A DNA stretch of 64,000 bases from the NCBI RefSeq assembly GCF_009914755.1, contig NC_060927.1; one strand, given 5' to 3'. Each line of letters opens with the position of its first letter. Position 1 is the first letter of the stretch. The notes under the pieces were generated by a model, which did no database searches, was not told the origin of the DNA, and was given only the letters and a program-made list of their open reading frames with translations. The translations under genes and the position numbers were made by a program. This DNA is from the human T2T-CHM13v2.0 reference genome, Homo sapiens. Shown one piece after another: positions 61,701 through 64,000 of this stretch.

Positions 61701-64000
61701 TCTTCTGTTGCTATGTCTTTGTCTGGTTTTGGTATCAGGGTAATACTATCCTTGTAGAATAGGTTGGAAGTATTCCTGCCTCAATTTTTCAGAATAGTTT
61801 GAGGAGGATTGGTATTAATTCCTCTTTAAATATTTGGTAGAATTCATCAGTGAATCCATCAGGTATGACTTTGATCTTATTACTTGTTCATGGTCTGTTC
61901 AGGATTAGATTTCTTTGTGGTTCAATCTTGGTAGGTGGTATGTATCCAGGAATTTGTCCATTTCTTCTAGATTTTCTAATTTATTGGAAATAGTAGCTTA
62001 TAATAGCCACAAATGATCCTTTTACTTTCTGCAGTATCAGTTGTCATGCCTTCTTTTTTCTGATTTCATTTTTTCTGGTTTATTTTTATTTGGATCTTCT
62101 CTCTTTTTTGTTAGTGTGGCTAAAGTTTTGTCAATTTTGTTTAACTTTTCAAAAAACCAAATATTTGTTTCATTGATCTTTTGTATTTTTTCATTTAAAT
62201 TTAATTTATTTCTGCTCTAATCTTTATTATTTCTTTGTTCTACTAATTTTGAGTTTGACTTGCCTTGCTTTTCTAGTTCCCTAAGATGCATCATTAGATT
62301 GTTCATTTAAAGGTTTTCCTCTTTTTTGATGTAGGCATTTATAGCTATAAACTTCCCTTAGTACTGCTTTGCCATATCCCATAGGTTTTAATATTTTGTT
62401 TTCCATTATTATTTATTTCAATAAATTTTTCAATTTCCATCTTAATTTCTTCATTGACCCACTGGTCATTCCGGAGCATATTGTTTTATTTCCATGTATT
62501 AGTATAGCTTCCAAAATTACTCATGATATTAACTAGTTTTATTCCATTGTGGTTGGAGAAGATACTTGATATTATTTCAAGTTTTTAAAAAATGTTTTAA
62601 AACTTGCTTTGTGAACTAACATATGGTCTATCCTTGAGAATTCTCCATGTGCTGAAGAAGAGTGTGTATTCTGTAGCTCTTGGATGAAAAGTTCTGTAAA
62701 TAAATGTTAGACCCAGTCAGTCTATAGTGCAGATTAAGTCTGATGTTTTTGTTGATTTTCTGTCTGGGATATCTGTCCAATACTGTATGTGGAATTTGAA
62801 ATCTAGAGCTATTATTGTATTGGGTCTTATCTCTCTCTTTAGCTCTAATTATATTTGATTTATATATCTAGGTGTTCTAGTGTTGGGTGCATATATATTT
62901 AAAATTGTTAAATTATCTTGCTAAATCAACCCTTTTATCATTCTATAGTGACCTTCTTTGTCTCTTATAGCTTTTGCTTTGAAATCTATTTTGTCTGATG
63001 TAAGTATAGTGACTCCTGCTCTTTTTTGGTTTCCACTGGCTTGAAATACCTTTTTTCATCCCTTTATTTTCAGTCTATATATGTTTTTATATGTGAAATG
63101 TTTCTTGTATGCAACAGGTCAGTGGTTTTCTTCATCTATTCATCAAGTCTGTGTCTTTTGACTGAAGAGTTACTCCATTAACATTTAATATTAGTATTGA
63201 TAGGTAAGGTTTTATTCCTGCCATTTTGTTACTTGTTTTCTGGTTGTTTTGTGGTCTTCTCTTCCTTTTGTCTTTCCTTCCTGTCTTCTTCTAGTGAAGG
63301 TGATTTTCTCTGGTGCTATGATCTAGTTTCTTGCTTTTTATTTTTTGTGTCTCCATGATTTTGGTTTGAGGCTACCATAAGGCTTGCAAATATTACCTTA
63401 TAACTCATTAATTTAACCTGGTTACAGCTTAACACTGTTTGCATAAACAAACAAACCATAAACAAGCAAAAACAAAGCAAATAAAAATTTTATACCTTAA
63501 CTTCATCCCCCTGCTTTTAATCTTTTTGTTCTTTTATTTAATTTTATTGTAGTTACTATGTCTTGAAAAGTTGTTGAAGTTATTATTTTTGATTGGTTTA
63601 TTGTTTAGTCTTTCTATTTAGGATAAGAGTAGTTTACACACCACATTTAGAGTGTTCTAATATTCTGTGCTTTTCAGTGTACCTACTATTGACAGTGCAT
63701 TTTGTACCTTCAGGTGATTACATATGGCTCATGAACATCCTTTGCTTTCTGATTGAAGCACTCCCTTTAGCATTTCTTGTAGGATACGTCTGGTGTTGAA
63801 AAAACCCCTCAGCTTTTGTTAGTCTGGGAGTGTCTTTACTTTTTCTTCATGTTTGAAGGATATTTTCACCAGATATATTATTTTAGGGTAAAAGATATTT
63901 TTCTTTCAGCACTTTAAATATGTCATGTCACTCTCTCCTGGCAGGTAAGGTTTCTGATGATACATCTGCTGCCAGATGTATTAGAGCTCCATTGAATATT
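58735..64000 (-). mobile_element. L1MA1/2-like element (3' UTR, ORF2, inter-ORF, end of ORF1); runs off the window
   Basis: TTTTTGTGGGTACATAG...AATAAGCACATCATGGAGAATGGGGTATCCATCC 3' end. ORF2 peptides ([27 protein letters not shown]). Confidence 0.93.
61329..61633 (-). mobile_element. Older Alu (AluJ/Sx-like) in L1MA
   Basis: GAGACAGAGTCTTGCTCTGTTG...GGGATTACAGGCATGAGCCACTGC. Flanked by TGGCCTGTAG / TAGCCTGTAG. Confidence 0.92.

Overview
This is catarrhine-primate (probably human) genomic DNA: AT-rich, repeat-dominated, with no host protein-coding gene, RNA gene or CRISPR array that I can support. The ORF-track hits I could assign are fragments of L1, Alu, HERV or simple repeats; the rest are short and unremarkable. 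The main element is a minus-strand HERV-W (HERV17/LTR17) provirus at 46268-55239 with two LTRs and a TCAT target-site duplication (TSD). It has decayed gag/pro/pol, a pol-to-env deletion removing RNase H and integrase, a full-span but disrupted syncytin-like env, and an ~840-bp (CT/CCAT)n expansion in the leader. Its 3' LTR has lost the ATTAAA poly(A) signal, and a MADE1 (miR-548-type) hairpin lies ~175 bp downstream; possible read-through into that hairpin is the most interesting hypothesis here. Also present: a 1.9-kb AT-rich array containing tandem 36-bp CACGTG-centred palindromes, three L1 insertions with twin-priming-type 5' inversions, a cluster of seven ERV1 solo LTRs (25.6-38 kb), several Alus (nested and truncated), MaLR LTRs, MER20, Tigger4 and old L1M/L2/MIR relics. 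Subfamily names come from remembered consensus sequences and need RepeatMasker/Dfam confirmation. Boundaries of old repeats are approximate.
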